Positions 63,996-64,000 of a stretch of DNA of 64,000 bases are shown piece by piece. Positions within the stretch are counted from its first letter, which is position 1. Each line of letters begins with the position of its first letter. The notes under the pieces are model-generated. The model was not told the origin of the DNA and ran no database searches. It saw nothing but the letters and a program-made list of their open reading frames with translations. A program made the translations under genes and the position numbers. Origin of the DNA: a virus (lineage: Duplodnaviria > Caudoviricetes); the IMG/VR virus record IMGVR_UViG_2030936005_000025, positions 128,001-192,000 of that record; one strand, written 5' to 3'.

Positions 63996-64000
63996 TTTGT

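Noticed and set aside
1-64000. tRNA, rRNA, CRISPR array, group I/II intron, transposase or integrase
   Set aside because: Nothing recognisable by eye; intergenic gaps are short and explained by hairpins and promoters. tRNAscan-SE and Infernal were not run, so a small RNA could be missed.

Overview
This window is a core segment of a nucleus-forming, phiKZ-related jumbo myophage (Chimalliviridae). It is probably SPN3US/phiEaH2-like with an Enterobacterales host; an AmsF/WceF-like gene hints at Erwinia/Pantoea. Gene order matches the phiKZ gp93-to-gp39 block read in reverse. From left to right: head and baseplate genes; the exonuclease/motif-A half of a split PolB; a virion RNAP beta' subunit; an accessory cluster with a UvsW helicase and an orphan HigA; non-virion RNAP subunits; PicA-like and ChmC-like genes; Mre11/SbcD; chimallin; the second PolB half; PhuZ; an AmsF-like beta-helix protein; and early hypothetical genes. 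All family assignments come from motifs and remembered synteny; no database search was run. Leads most worth following: (1) a canonical T TTT TTC slippery site that would fuse the 540-aa gp77-like ORF to the next ORF by -1 frameshifting; (2) an Acb1-type 2H phosphoesterase fused to a degenerate Tad1-like domain; (3) a monocistronic 56-aa membrane peptide behind its own early promoter; (4) an orphan HigA antitoxin. The window also has seven copies of an early-promoter motif and about 20 intergenic hairpins, many sharing CCTAC/GTAGG arms. No tRNA, rRNA, CRISPR array, intron or transposase was seen.
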